From the NCBI GenBank assembly GCA_048886685.1, contig JBHLKM010000006.1, forward strand, positions 1-64,000: a DNA stretch of 64,000 nt, in the 5' to 3' direction. Positions 50,051-59,107 of the stretch are shown here, one piece after another. Every line of letters starts with the position of its first letter. Position 1 is the first letter of the stretch. The DNA is from Candidatus Hodarchaeota archaeon. Its GTDB lineage: Archaea; Asgardarchaeota; Lokiarchaeia; Sigyniarchaeales; SOKP01. Under the pieces are notes generated by a model. The model was not told the DNA's origin, searched no databases, and saw only the letters and a program-made list of their open reading frames with translations. The position numbers and the translations under genes were made by a program.

Positions 50051-50125
50051 TGGTCCGGGGGGGATTTGAACCCTCGATATCTGGCTCCGCAAGCCAGCGC
50101 CCTATCCAAGCTGGACTACCGGACC
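50051..50125 (-). tRNA. tRNA-Arg(GCG)
   Basis: GGTCCGG/CCGGACC acceptor stem, CTGGC-TTGCGGA-GCCAG anticodon arm, GGTTCAAATCC T-loop; one A-C mismatch in the T stem; CCA not encoded. Confidence 0.93.
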
Positions 50126-50251
50126 ATATTAAGGATCTATTTATAATTCTTAATTATTAATAATTCTCTATAATACTTATTTAATCGTTCTTTATAGTTA
50201 AATATACAAAAAATTAGAATTAATATTGTTTTTTCTAAAATATAAGTTCTC

Positions 50252-52012
50252 ATGGATGAAAAAGAGATAAGAAAAACCCTTTGGATTATCGGATTAAAAA
50301 ATGCTATAGAATTTGGTGGAATTCCCAATAAGAAAGCAGTTATGGGAAAATTGATGGCTGAAAGACCAGATTTACGTTCTCAAGTTAAAGAAATTATACC
50401 CTTGTTAGATCAAATTCTGGAAAAAATTAAAAACCTACCTATTGAAGAACAAAAAAAGAAACTTATGGAACTTGATCCCAATGCATTAGAAAAAAAAGTA
50501 TCAAAAGCAGAAGAGAAAATTTTGCCCCCTTTACCTGAACTAGAAAAGTATGAAAAAATAGTAATGCGCTTAGCCCCTTACCCTAGTGGTGCATTACATA
50601 TAGGAAATGCAAGAATGATTGTCTTAAATGATGAATATGCAAAAAGATATAATGGAGAACTGATACTTTTTTATGATGATACAATTGGGAGTCCTAAATC
50701 TTTAAGGAATAGTCCTAAAGCTAAGTATGTTTTACCAGAAGCATATGATTTGATAAAAGAAGGATTAGATTGGCTTGGTGTCAAAATTTCTAAAATCCTC
50801 TATAAAAGTGATCGATTAGAAACCTCTTATGAATATTGTGAAAAATTAATTAATGATAATATGGCATATGTATGTTTTTGCACTGCTAATGAATTTCGGG
50901 AAAATTATAAAAAACCAGGTAAAAATTGCCCTCACAGACAACATACAATAGAGAAGAATCTTGGTGAATGGCAGGCTATGCTTAATGGGCAATATCATGA
51001 AGGAGAGGTCGTGGTAAGATTAAAAACTGGGATGGATCAAAAAGATCCTGCTTTGAGAGATCAAATTATTATGAGAATATCAGAAGCAGAACATCCTAAA
51101 GTTGGCACAAAATACATAGTATGGCCAATGCTCGAATTTTCATGGGCGATTGATGATCATTTAATAGGAGCTACCCACATACTTAGAGGGATAGATCTAG
51201 TAAAAGAAGGGATTATTGAAGAATTTATCTGGGATCATTTTGGTTGGAAAAAGGCTCAATTATTATATTATGGCAGATTGAATTTTGCTAATTTGAAGTT
51301 AAGTAAAACTGACGCTCGTAATAATATTCAAAAGGGAATATACCAAGGATGGGATGATCCAAGAACCTGGAGTTTACAATCTCTCAAAAAACGCGGGATA
51401 AAACCAGAGGCTTTAAGAGAAACGTTGTTAAATCTCGGTATGTCCCAAACAGGAATAAATTTTTCAGTTAACTGGTTATATTCAATAAATCAGGATCTCA
51501 TTGATGAAATCTCTGATAGATACTTTTTCGTAGAAGATCCAATATCCGTTGTAGTAAAAGACGTTCCTTCTGGGGAATATATTGCCAAACCTTTACTCCA
51601 CCCTTCAAATCCACAAAGAGGGATAAGAAAAATTAGATGCGATCTAAAAAATAAACAACTGAAATTGTTCATTTCCTCTTCAGATAGTGAAAAACTGAAC
51701 AAAGACCAAATTATACGGTTAAAAGATTTAATAAATATCCAAATTTTATCTATTGATTTGAACAAGAAACTTATTCAAACATCTTTTCATAGTAAGGAAC
51801 TAAATAGGCAATATTCAATAATTCAATGGTTACCTAAGGATGAGAATATTAAAGTTTCTATTGTTAGACCCGATGGTTCTATATCAAACGGTTTAGGAGA
51901 AATTAATCTGTTAAAAATCCCTATGAATAAAACTATACAATTTGAGCGTTTTGGTTTTGTGAATCCAATCGAATTAAAAGAGAATTGCCTTTTTTGTTAT
52001 TTTTCTCATTAA
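50252..52012 (+). CDS. gltX: Glutamate--tRNA ligase (archaeal)
   Basis: RLAPYPSGALHIGN, THILRG.D, LSKT, GWDDPR, QFERFGF. Confidence 0.95.
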   Translation: MDEKEIRKTLWIIGLKNAIEFGGIPNKKAVMGKLMAERPDLRSQVKEIIPLLDQILEKIKNLPIEEQKKKLMELDPNALEKKVSKAEEKILPPLPELEKYEKIVMRLAPYPSGALHIGNARMIVLNDEYAKRYNGELILFYDDTIGSPKSLRNSPKAKYVLPEAYDLIKEGLDWLGVKISKILYKSDRLETSYEYCEKLINDNMAYVCFCTANEFRENYKKPGKNCPHRQHTIEKNLGEWQAMLNGQYHEGEVVVRLKTGMDQKDPALRDQIIMRISEAEHPKVGTKYIVWPMLEFSWAIDDHLIGATHILRGIDLVKEGIIEEFIWDHFGWKKAQLLYYGRLNFANLKLSKTDARNNIQKGIYQGWDDPRTWSLQSLKKRGIKPEALRETLLNLGMSQTGINFSVNWLYSINQDLIDEISDRYFFVEDPISVVVKDVPSGEYIAKPLLHPSNPQRGIRKIRCDLKNKQLKLFISSSDSEKLNKDQIIRLKDLINIQILSIDLNKKLIQTSFHSKELNRQYSIIQWLPKDENIKVSIVRPDGSISNGLGEINLLKIPMNKTIQFERFGFVNPIELKENCLFCYFSH

Positions 52013-52158
52013 ATCTTTCAATCTCTAGTTTCCAAATAATATATCAAAATATCATGATATTATGTATTGATGTGATAAAATTTTAATAATCTAGCATAAA
52101 TTTATAATGGTATAAGAATACTTTTCATTAGATCTTAAAATTTGAAAGGACACTTAAA

Positions 52159-54060
52159 TTGATAGCTCATTTACCATGTAAAAAATGTGGCAACAGTTTG
52201 CCAATTTTAAAAGGATCTATTGTTCAGTGTCCTTATTGTGGTGCAAAAAATTTATATATGGAATCTTTTTACACCTTAAAATATTACATGTCAGATATCC
52301 TGAAGATCTCCTCGTTATATAAATCAAAGAAGGTTAATCCTAAAGAGATTTTGAGAAGAAAAATATTAATTGAGTCTTATTTTAGTGAGATTAAGATAAG
52401 TTATGAGGAATATCGGCATTTAATAATAACTAAATTAGACTTAATTAATGTTGATCCTGTAAAATTATTTTATTTAATTCGCGCTTCTGGAAATTTTGAG
52501 ATAATAATAGATAGATTCTTACTTAATTACTTAAATGAGGATTCCTCTAAAAAGAGGTATCTTGAATTCAGAGATAAGGCTTATATAATTAATAAATCAC
52601 TATTAGGATTATACTATAGCTATCTAGCTAAAAATTCTACAGTATATTCTAAATGTTGTAGATTTTACAAACTTGCTGAAAACAATTATCAAAATGTTGT
52701 AGATTACTGCAACATTACTATGTTGGATAATGACGACCCTCACCTCTATAAAACACGTAAGTTCTATTCAATATTAGTAAAATTCACTATTATAATAAAA
52801 AACATTTTAGATAAAAATCCAAAACTCTATTCAAATAAACTCGAAGATTTACTAAAAGAATTAGAAAATATCCCTAAAATAAACATTCATATATACAATT
52901 TACACAAACAAATAGAAGATATCATTCAATTAGAGCGAGATACATGTATGGTCCTAGAAAATATTCGTGTAGATGATCCCTTTTTATCAAAACCACCTTT
53001 TAATGAAGAACAAATAGTAACAACTGATGAAAATCTTAATGAAGTAAATCGTGTAAGGAATTGGATTAATAATCTTTCTGAAAAATACCAAAAGTATCAA
53101 AATGGTCTTTTAAAATTACATTCTGGAAGAATTATTAAATATCTAAGCTCTTATCGTGAAGAATTTATCACATATAAAAATAAAAATGCTGAAATGTTCG
53201 ATCAAGTTTTAGGATCAATGGTTAATAAGGCTTTAGAATCTTATAATTACGAAACTCTTGAAGCGATAGACACTTTAAGTCATCTTATGCAAAAAAATAT
53301 ATATAATGGAAATCTCATTGATAAATTCAAAATAGAACACGATGATTTGATTGAAATGGATGAGGTACTAAAAAATTTCGTCAATAATCTATTTACAAAG
53401 CCACTCCTTAGAAATCTAGAGTCTGAATATTATAGAGAACTAATATCTATTATTTCCGGTAAACACACTGAATTTGATAAGCATATCTTAAAGTATATTA
53501 ATCGAATGCTTAAGGATTTCGAATACATAAGGAACAAAAAAGTCTTATCTCTAGAAGAGCAACGTAATCAGTTTATCTCAGAAATTAAGCCTAACCTACA
53601 AAAACTTATTGATTTAAGTTTCACACTAAATGAAGAAATCTTACCTTATCCACTTTTCATTGATATTAAAATCCCTGATCAAAAATTAAGAGTTAACAAT
53701 CCGGAGACTTTAACTCTAATTATTGAAAATCCTAATATAACTGATATTACTAATATTAAAATTTATTTTTTCATTTCAGATTCATTTCAGAATAAATTAG
53801 AATTTACAAAAATCAAAAGATTAAAAGCAAGTGAGAGAAGAAAAATTAAATTGAAAATCACCGCTAAAGAAAAGGGCACTTTTCCTTCAATGGTAATGAT
53901 CGATTACCAACATTTTAATAAAACCTTCTGGATGCCTTCTATAAAATTTAAATTAGAAGTCGAAGAAAGGAGGAGGTTTAGTTTTTATCCAATAACCTTA
54001 AAAGAATATTATCAAGCTCAAGCTAATAATATTTTAAGATTTGTAAGAAACTATGTATGA
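52159..54060 (+). CDS. Hypothetical protein: N-terminal zinc ribbon, long helical region, C-terminal Ig-like beta-sandwich
   Basis: CKKCG...CPYCG; C-terminal LTLIIENP...L.ASE...I.L.I.AKEKG.F. Confidence 0.75.
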   Translation: MIAHLPCKKCGNSLPILKGSIVQCPYCGAKNLYMESFYTLKYYMSDILKISSLYKSKKVNPKEILRRKILIESYFSEIKISYEEYRHLIITKLDLINVDPVKLFYLIRASGNFEIIIDRFLLNYLNEDSSKKRYLEFRDKAYIINKSLLGLYYSYLAKNSTVYSKCCRFYKLAENNYQNVVDYCNITMLDNDDPHLYKTRKFYSILVKFTIIIKNILDKNPKLYSNKLEDLLKELENIPKINIHIYNLHKQIEDIIQLERDTCMVLENIRVDDPFLSKPPFNEEQIVTTDENLNEVNRVRNWINNLSEKYQKYQNGLLKLHSGRIIKYLSSYREEFITYKNKNAEMFDQVLGSMVNKALESYNYETLEAIDTLSHLMQKNIYNGNLIDKFKIEHDDLIEMDEVLKNFVNNLFTKPLLRNLESEYYRELISIISGKHTEFDKHILKYINRMLKDFEYIRNKKVLSLEEQRNQFISEIKPNLQKLIDLSFTLNEEILPYPLFIDIKIPDQKLRVNNPETLTLIIENPNITDITNIKIYFFISDSFQNKLEFTKIKRLKASERRKIKLKITAKEKGTFPSMVMIDYQHFNKTFWMPSIKFKLEVEERRRFSFYPITLKEYYQAQANNILRFVRNYV

Positions 54061-54138
54061 TAAATTTTGGAATGAGCCTACTCAATTAACTTGAAATGTA
54101 AATCTTTTAGTATTTAGAAACCTTTTTTTATTTTAGGA

Positions 54139-55236
54139 ATGAATGATAAAGAACTTCACAATATTGATAAAGATCAGGAATCTGTTAAATTAGATTGGGA
54201 GTTTTGTCCCATATGTGGACACAGTCTCCCAAAAATTAAAAATTTTAAATTTTGTACGAAGTGTGGTACAAATATTAAGTATATTAAGGAACATAAAAAG
54301 CTACCAACTAGTCAAAGCCAAAATCCTTATAAATCCCAGGAGTTGTATCCACAATATCAACAACCTCATGTTTATTATGGTCCTCCGAAAATTACTGATG
54401 AAGAATTAATTAACAATAAAGAACATAAATTATGGGGAACATCTATTTCGATAGGATTACCCCTAGGTGCTTTTTTATTAATGAATTTTGTGCTTGGAGG
54501 ATTTTTGGCCTTTATAGCTTTTTTTAACTTTAATCTTGATAGAATTTATGAGTTATTCTCAAATTCATATTTTATTTCCATAATTTCGATATTTGAATTA
54601 ATTTTTATAATTATTCCAGTGATGTATTCACGTAAATATCTCGAGAATCCAACTGTTAAAAACAGTTTAATCCTTTTAGGATTTACTTCAAGAGGTTATG
54701 ATAGAAGCAGAGTCTTAAAAGAAATTTTAATTGGATTAAGTTTTGCTGTGATAGGAGTATTTCTAGTAGTAGCGGTTTCAATTTTTATTGAGGTAATTTT
54801 AGAGATGCTTTTTCAAGTTGAAATAATTCAAGATAACGGGGAATTAATAGGTACTATTTTACCGACGGATATACCAAGTTTAATTGTTTTTTCTATTGTC
54901 CTGATAACTATTATAGGAACCTCAGAAGAGATTTTATTCAGAGGATTTATGCAAAAAGGTTTAGTACGGAGTTTAGGTAATAAATGGGGGATTATCATTA
55001 CTGCTTTTATATTTGCAATGATTCATTTAATTGGAATCTTGTTTTATGCCTTAGAATCACCAATTCTCTTTATAATTTCTTTTCTTTTGTCTTTCCTCCC
55101 TTACTTCGCAATATCATTAATGCTCGGGGTTCTCTATCACTGGAGAAATGAAAATTTGATTGCGGTTGTTGTAACGCACGGGATTTACGATACAGTAACA
55201 ATAATTTTAGCTTATATGTTTTATATTGTATTTTAA
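54139..55236 (+). CDS. CPBP (Rce1/Abi) intramembrane glutamic protease with N-terminal zinc ribbon
   Basis: FCPICG...FCTKCG; EEILFRG, FAMIH, HGIYD. Confidence 0.9.
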   Translation: MNDKELHNIDKDQESVKLDWEFCPICGHSLPKIKNFKFCTKCGTNIKYIKEHKKLPTSQSQNPYKSQELYPQYQQPHVYYGPPKITDEELINNKEHKLWGTSISIGLPLGAFLLMNFVLGGFLAFIAFFNFNLDRIYELFSNSYFISIISIFELIFIIIPVMYSRKYLENPTVKNSLILLGFTSRGYDRSRVLKEILIGLSFAVIGVFLVVAVSIFIEVILEMLFQVEIIQDNGELIGTILPTDIPSLIVFSIVLITIIGTSEEILFRGFMQKGLVRSLGNKWGIIITAFIFAMIHLIGILFYALESPILFIISFLLSFLPYFAISLMLGVLYHWRNENLIAVVVTHGIYDTVTIILAYMFYIVF

Positions 55237-55270
55237 AGGAGAATATAAATTTTAAATTCAATTTAATCTT

Positions 55271-56125
55271 ATGACGATTTTGCAGAAATTTGAGTTAATG
55301 GCAAAAGGGAAAAGGGGGAAATTAGGAATCGGTATTGGAACATCTAAATTTCATAACCGGAAAATTTTATTAGCAATTCTTAATTTCTTGGAAAAATACT
55401 CATCAAAGATTTATATTTTTGGCAGTGAAGAATCTTTAAATCATATACGTGAACAAATTACTCCAAAATGTCTGTCTAGTATATTTTTAATCCATTCCGA
55501 AATACCGGAGAAGGAAATTTTTGAATTCCTTAAAAATGAAACAATTAATAGCGTGATTCGAGGTTCCTTAAGCTCAAGTAAATTTCTAGAAAATTTAAAG
55601 AAAATTTTAAAGGTAGATCTAATCAATAGGTTAGCTCTGCTTGAAACGATTGATGGTCATCAGTTTTTTTATGGACCTGTGGGAATAGATGAATGTAATA
55701 ATTATGAAGATAAAATTGAATTTTTAGAAAACGCAAAAGAAGAATTAGAATCACTAAATATCAAACCCATTGTTAGTGTCTTAAGTGGGGGTCGATATGG
55801 GGATATAGGAAGAAATAATAACATTGATTTATCAATCAGGATTGGAGAAAAAACTGTTGAGGTTATGAAAGAGCGATATCCCGATTTAGTTATAAATCAT
55901 GATGAAATTTTGATTGAAAACGCCGTAAAAAATAAATCGAACTTAATTATTGCCCCAGATGGAATTTCAGGGAATTTAATCTATAGAACATTAGTTCATT
56001 TAGGTGGAGGAAAAGCATATGGTGCTATATATATGAATATGGAAAAAACAATCATAGACACATCAAGAGTAGGTGCATTATCTGAAATTCAAGGCGCACT
56101 TCTTTTAGCTCTAGCATTATCTTAA
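55271..56125 (+). CDS. mtxX: MtxX / methanogenesis marker protein 4-like
   Basis: IRGSL, PVGIDE, LSGGR..D.GR, ILIENAV, IIAPDGISGNLIYRTL..LGGG..YGA, DTSR. Confidence 0.82.
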   Translation: MTILQKFELMAKGKRGKLGIGIGTSKFHNRKILLAILNFLEKYSSKIYIFGSEESLNHIREQITPKCLSSIFLIHSEIPEKEIFEFLKNETINSVIRGSLSSSKFLENLKKILKVDLINRLALLETIDGHQFFYGPVGIDECNNYEDKIEFLENAKEELESLNIKPIVSVLSGGRYGDIGRNNNIDLSIRIGEKTVEVMKERYPDLVINHDEILIENAVKNKSNLIIAPDGISGNLIYRTLVHLGGGKAYGAIYMNMEKTIIDTSRVGALSEIQGALLLALALS

Positions 56126-56165
56126 GTACAACTTTATCATTCAATATAAATTCTTATCTTATTAC

Positions 56166-56732
56166 TTATTTCTTCATCATTTCAAACAAATTGACAGAGG
56201 GATCAATTAACTCTCTACTCGTTTTACATTCTTTTATCATATTTTCAATCCATAATTGGACATCTTTTAAATTTCCTTTAGCAATCGCTTGTAAATTTTT
56301 TACGTTCCTATTTTGATATCTTTTACTTAAAAATTCAAAATATATAGGTGCGGGAGGTGTAAACGATGATTTTTGAGGGACCGGAGGAGCGATGCAAATA
56401 CCTTTTTTTACATCAAAATTCTCACATATAGCGCAAGTTTCAACCTTTTTCTCTTTAGCACATATGTTTATACTACATTGCTCATTCTTATCACATCCTG
56501 GACAAGGCGGGAAACTTCCGAGTTCTTTAAGCATGTTATTGAATATCGTAATATTCTCTTTGGTAAAGCTTGATTTAGGATTCATCATGGATATGATTCC
56601 ACTAAACATAGGATCTCTAAGCACTTTTAAAAAATATTTTGCATTATCTTGAAGTTTCGTCGTATTAGCATCACAAAGATCACAACTTAATCCACAAGTG
56701 GTTATTTTATATTTTTCAACCATTTCACTCAT
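56166..56732 (-). CDS. Cys-rich DUF3795-like protein
   Basis: CGLSCDLC, CPGC, C.I..C......C..C. Confidence 0.7.
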   Translation of the reverse strand: MSEMVEKYKITTCGLSCDLCDANTTKLQDNAKYFLKVLRDPMFSGIISMMNPKSSFTKENITIFNNMLKELGSFPPCPGCDKNEQCSINICAKEKKVETCAICENFDVKKGICIAPPVPQKSSFTPPAPIYFEFLSKRYQNRNVKNLQAIAKGNLKDVQLWIENMIKECKTSRELIDPSVNLFEMMKK

Positions 56733-56896
56733 TCTAATTTGATTTTATTTGTTTATTATTATTTTATTTCTTAAATATTTCTTTTGGTATTAAAGGAGTA
56801 GGGGGTATAGATCTTGAGATTTCTATTCTAACATTCGCAAAGCTTTGTTTTAAAAAACTAAAAAAAAAAGAATTAATAAGAGTTAATAAATGAGGC

Positions 56897-57196
56897 TTAA
56901 CTTATGGCCCCTATAAAACCTGCAAGTAGTATGATTATTCCCCCAATTAAAATCCCTAAAATCATTAAAGCAATTCCTAAAATAAATAGAAATACGGGAG
57001 TATAATGAATTGGTTTTATTCCTAAAAATATAGCTAAAATTGCAAAAATTAATCCAAGAATTCCAGTTAGTATACCAAATCCATAATCCATTAAACCTTG
57101 TCCTGCTAAATCCAATATAGATTCTATGATAGCTACAAACCCTCCAACTATTGCGATAACTCGCATTGTTTTATCTGTTTCTTGTATCTCACTCAT
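56897..57196 (-). CDS. Small Gly-rich membrane protein
   Basis: 99 aa, 3-4 hydrophobic helices. Confidence 0.75.
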   Translation of the reverse strand: MSEIQETDKTMRVIAIVGGFVAIIESILDLAGQGLMDYGFGILTGILGLIFAILAIFLGIKPIHYTPVFLFILGIALMILGILIGGIIILLAGFIGAIS

Positions 57197-57357
57197 TCTA
57201 AATCACAAGTTAATTTTAATTAATTTTTAAATAAAAAGAAGATCAACAATCCTTAAAAACTTATAAGAATTAGGAGATGTTTATTTTAATCAAATTAAAT
57301 AATGATCATCAACACTTCTAGATCAATTATTTCAAAAATTCCCCATTACCTATAACC

Positions 57358-58884
57358 ATGCACTTGTCACAATTTCAAGCCCTTATCCAGACATTAAAAT
57401 CAGGGGATGTCTCTAAATTTATAAAGACAGTTGATCAATTAACAAAAGACGATCCAACTAACATACCAAATTCGAAAAATTACAATAATTTCAGAGTAGA
57501 TCTCGAAAAAGCTTATTATAGCGCAATATCAAGACATCTTAAATCGATGAAAAACAACTTTATTAAGGGGAAAGAGGATGTTGCTCAGCTTATTAATTAT
57601 TCTGATAAATTAGGAATTTTTCTTGATGCTTCTAATATTGATGTTCAGGGAATCATCAGTGAATTACATCTAGATGGTCTTAATAAAGGATTGAGGGGGA
57701 GAATTGTTGAACTTGTTAGATTTTTTAACAAATTCAACTTATTTGAGAGAAATTTTACAGCAGATGAGTTAAAAATAATACAAAATATAAAAGAAAATGA
57801 TAAACTGCTTGCTGTTAATTTAAAAGATTTATTTGGGACTGTATCGGATTCATTAATTTTTTACGTCTGTAAAGTAATGTCTTATGATTATGTGAAATGG
57901 ATAAAGGATATGTTGAAAAATCCTCGTGCTCACAGATTTATAATGGAACCAAATTCTTTAAGAAACTGGACGGATGGGTATGTAATTTATGATTTAGTTG
58001 TTCGGAATTTAGGAAATGTAGAAGATTTTATAGAAAAAGTTGAAATTAAACAAAAATTAGGTGGATCAAATGAGGACATGATATTTTTAGAATTTAATCC
58101 TCGTTATATATATAGTCCTAATGAAAACAATATTTTACGAATATATCATGAAAAACATCTTGTGTACCCACAAAATATCATAAAAAATAAAGAAAAGATC
58201 TTGGATAAAGATAATTATAATTTCTACAGTCTATCAATGGTAATTTTTGGGGGATTAGGCCCAGAAGGTTTTGGATTTACCTATTCTACTCCTAAAGGTG
58301 AAGTAATCGAAATATGTTCGGATCAAAAGGAAACTGAAGCAATCGTTATAAAATTCAAGCAGTACTTAATGAGAAAGTTTTTAGATAAACTTGAAAAAGA
58401 AATGACTAGTTTAGGTATAAATCGTGATATTAGAGATAAGATTGTCAAATACTTATCAAAGGTTATAAATCCTAAAGATTTTATTAGTTATTATAACAAG
58501 AACTCGCTTTTAAGAAAAATTAAAGCCTTTCTACTTCAAATAGATGAACTTCAGCTTGTAGACCATTCTAAGATAGAGATAATCATGGAAAAAGTTTCGT
58601 TAGCAATTTCAATAATTCTGAAAAGGATTAAACTTAAAGACCAATTCATTACACGTATGGAATTAGTGGCTAACGGAAAATTAAAATCTGAAGATGTAGC
58701 AAAACTCACGAGTCTAAGAGGAAAATCCCATTATGACGTCTTAAGGGAAAGGATATTTCTCCAAAACAAACCTAAATGGTTTTTCAAAAACTATCCAAAA
58801 GAAATAGCTGAACTTGAAAGACAATTCCGAGAACTTATGGATAAGTATTATACAAGAGAAAGGGGAATAAATTTTGATTACTGA
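57358..58884 (+). CDS. Hypothetical protein
   Basis: 508-aa ORF; one Gly-rich block GGLGPEGFGFTYSTPKGEVIEICSD. Confidence 0.8.
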   Translation: MHLSQFQALIQTLKSGDVSKFIKTVDQLTKDDPTNIPNSKNYNNFRVDLEKAYYSAISRHLKSMKNNFIKGKEDVAQLINYSDKLGIFLDASNIDVQGIISELHLDGLNKGLRGRIVELVRFFNKFNLFERNFTADELKIIQNIKENDKLLAVNLKDLFGTVSDSLIFYVCKVMSYDYVKWIKDMLKNPRAHRFIMEPNSLRNWTDGYVIYDLVVRNLGNVEDFIEKVEIKQKLGGSNEDMIFLEFNPRYIYSPNENNILRIYHEKHLVYPQNIIKNKEKILDKDNYNFYSLSMVIFGGLGPEGFGFTYSTPKGEVIEICSDQKETEAIVIKFKQYLMRKFLDKLEKEMTSLGINRDIRDKIVKYLSKVINPKDFISYYNKNSLLRKIKAFLLQIDELQLVDHSKIEIIMEKVSLAISIILKRIKLKDQFITRMELVANGKLKSEDVAKLTSLRGKSHYDVLRERIFLQNKPKWFFKNYPKEIAELERQFRELMDKYYTRERGINFDY

Positions 58885-58906
58885 TAAATTGTCAAAAACA
58901 AAAGAG

Positions 58907-59010
58907 TGGGAGAGGGGGGATTTGAACCCCCGACCACTTGGCCCCCAGCCAAGTTTTAAGCTGTAGAACGTAAAATTTTACAGTATCATACCAATCTAGA
59001 CTACCCTCCC
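58907..59010 (-). tRNA. tRNA-Pro(GGG) with a 30-nt non-canonical intron (58955..58984, position 25/26)
   Basis: GGGAGGG/CTCTCCC acceptor stem, CTTGG-CTGGGGG-CCAAG anticodon arm, GGGGGTTCAAATCCCCC T-arm; removing 30 nt gives a 74-nt cloverleaf. Confidence 0.9.
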
Positions 59011-59107
59011 GTGGAAAGAGATAAAATTTTATAGATTTTGGTACCTAATTTCTGTACTATAAAAAATAGTAAATCCCTTTTATTTTTACCCTTGATTTTA
59101 AAAAAGA

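Noticed and set aside
50051-59010. Integrated element between the two tRNAs
   Set aside because: Contains core gltX; no integrase or duplicated tRNA 3' end (att site) seen
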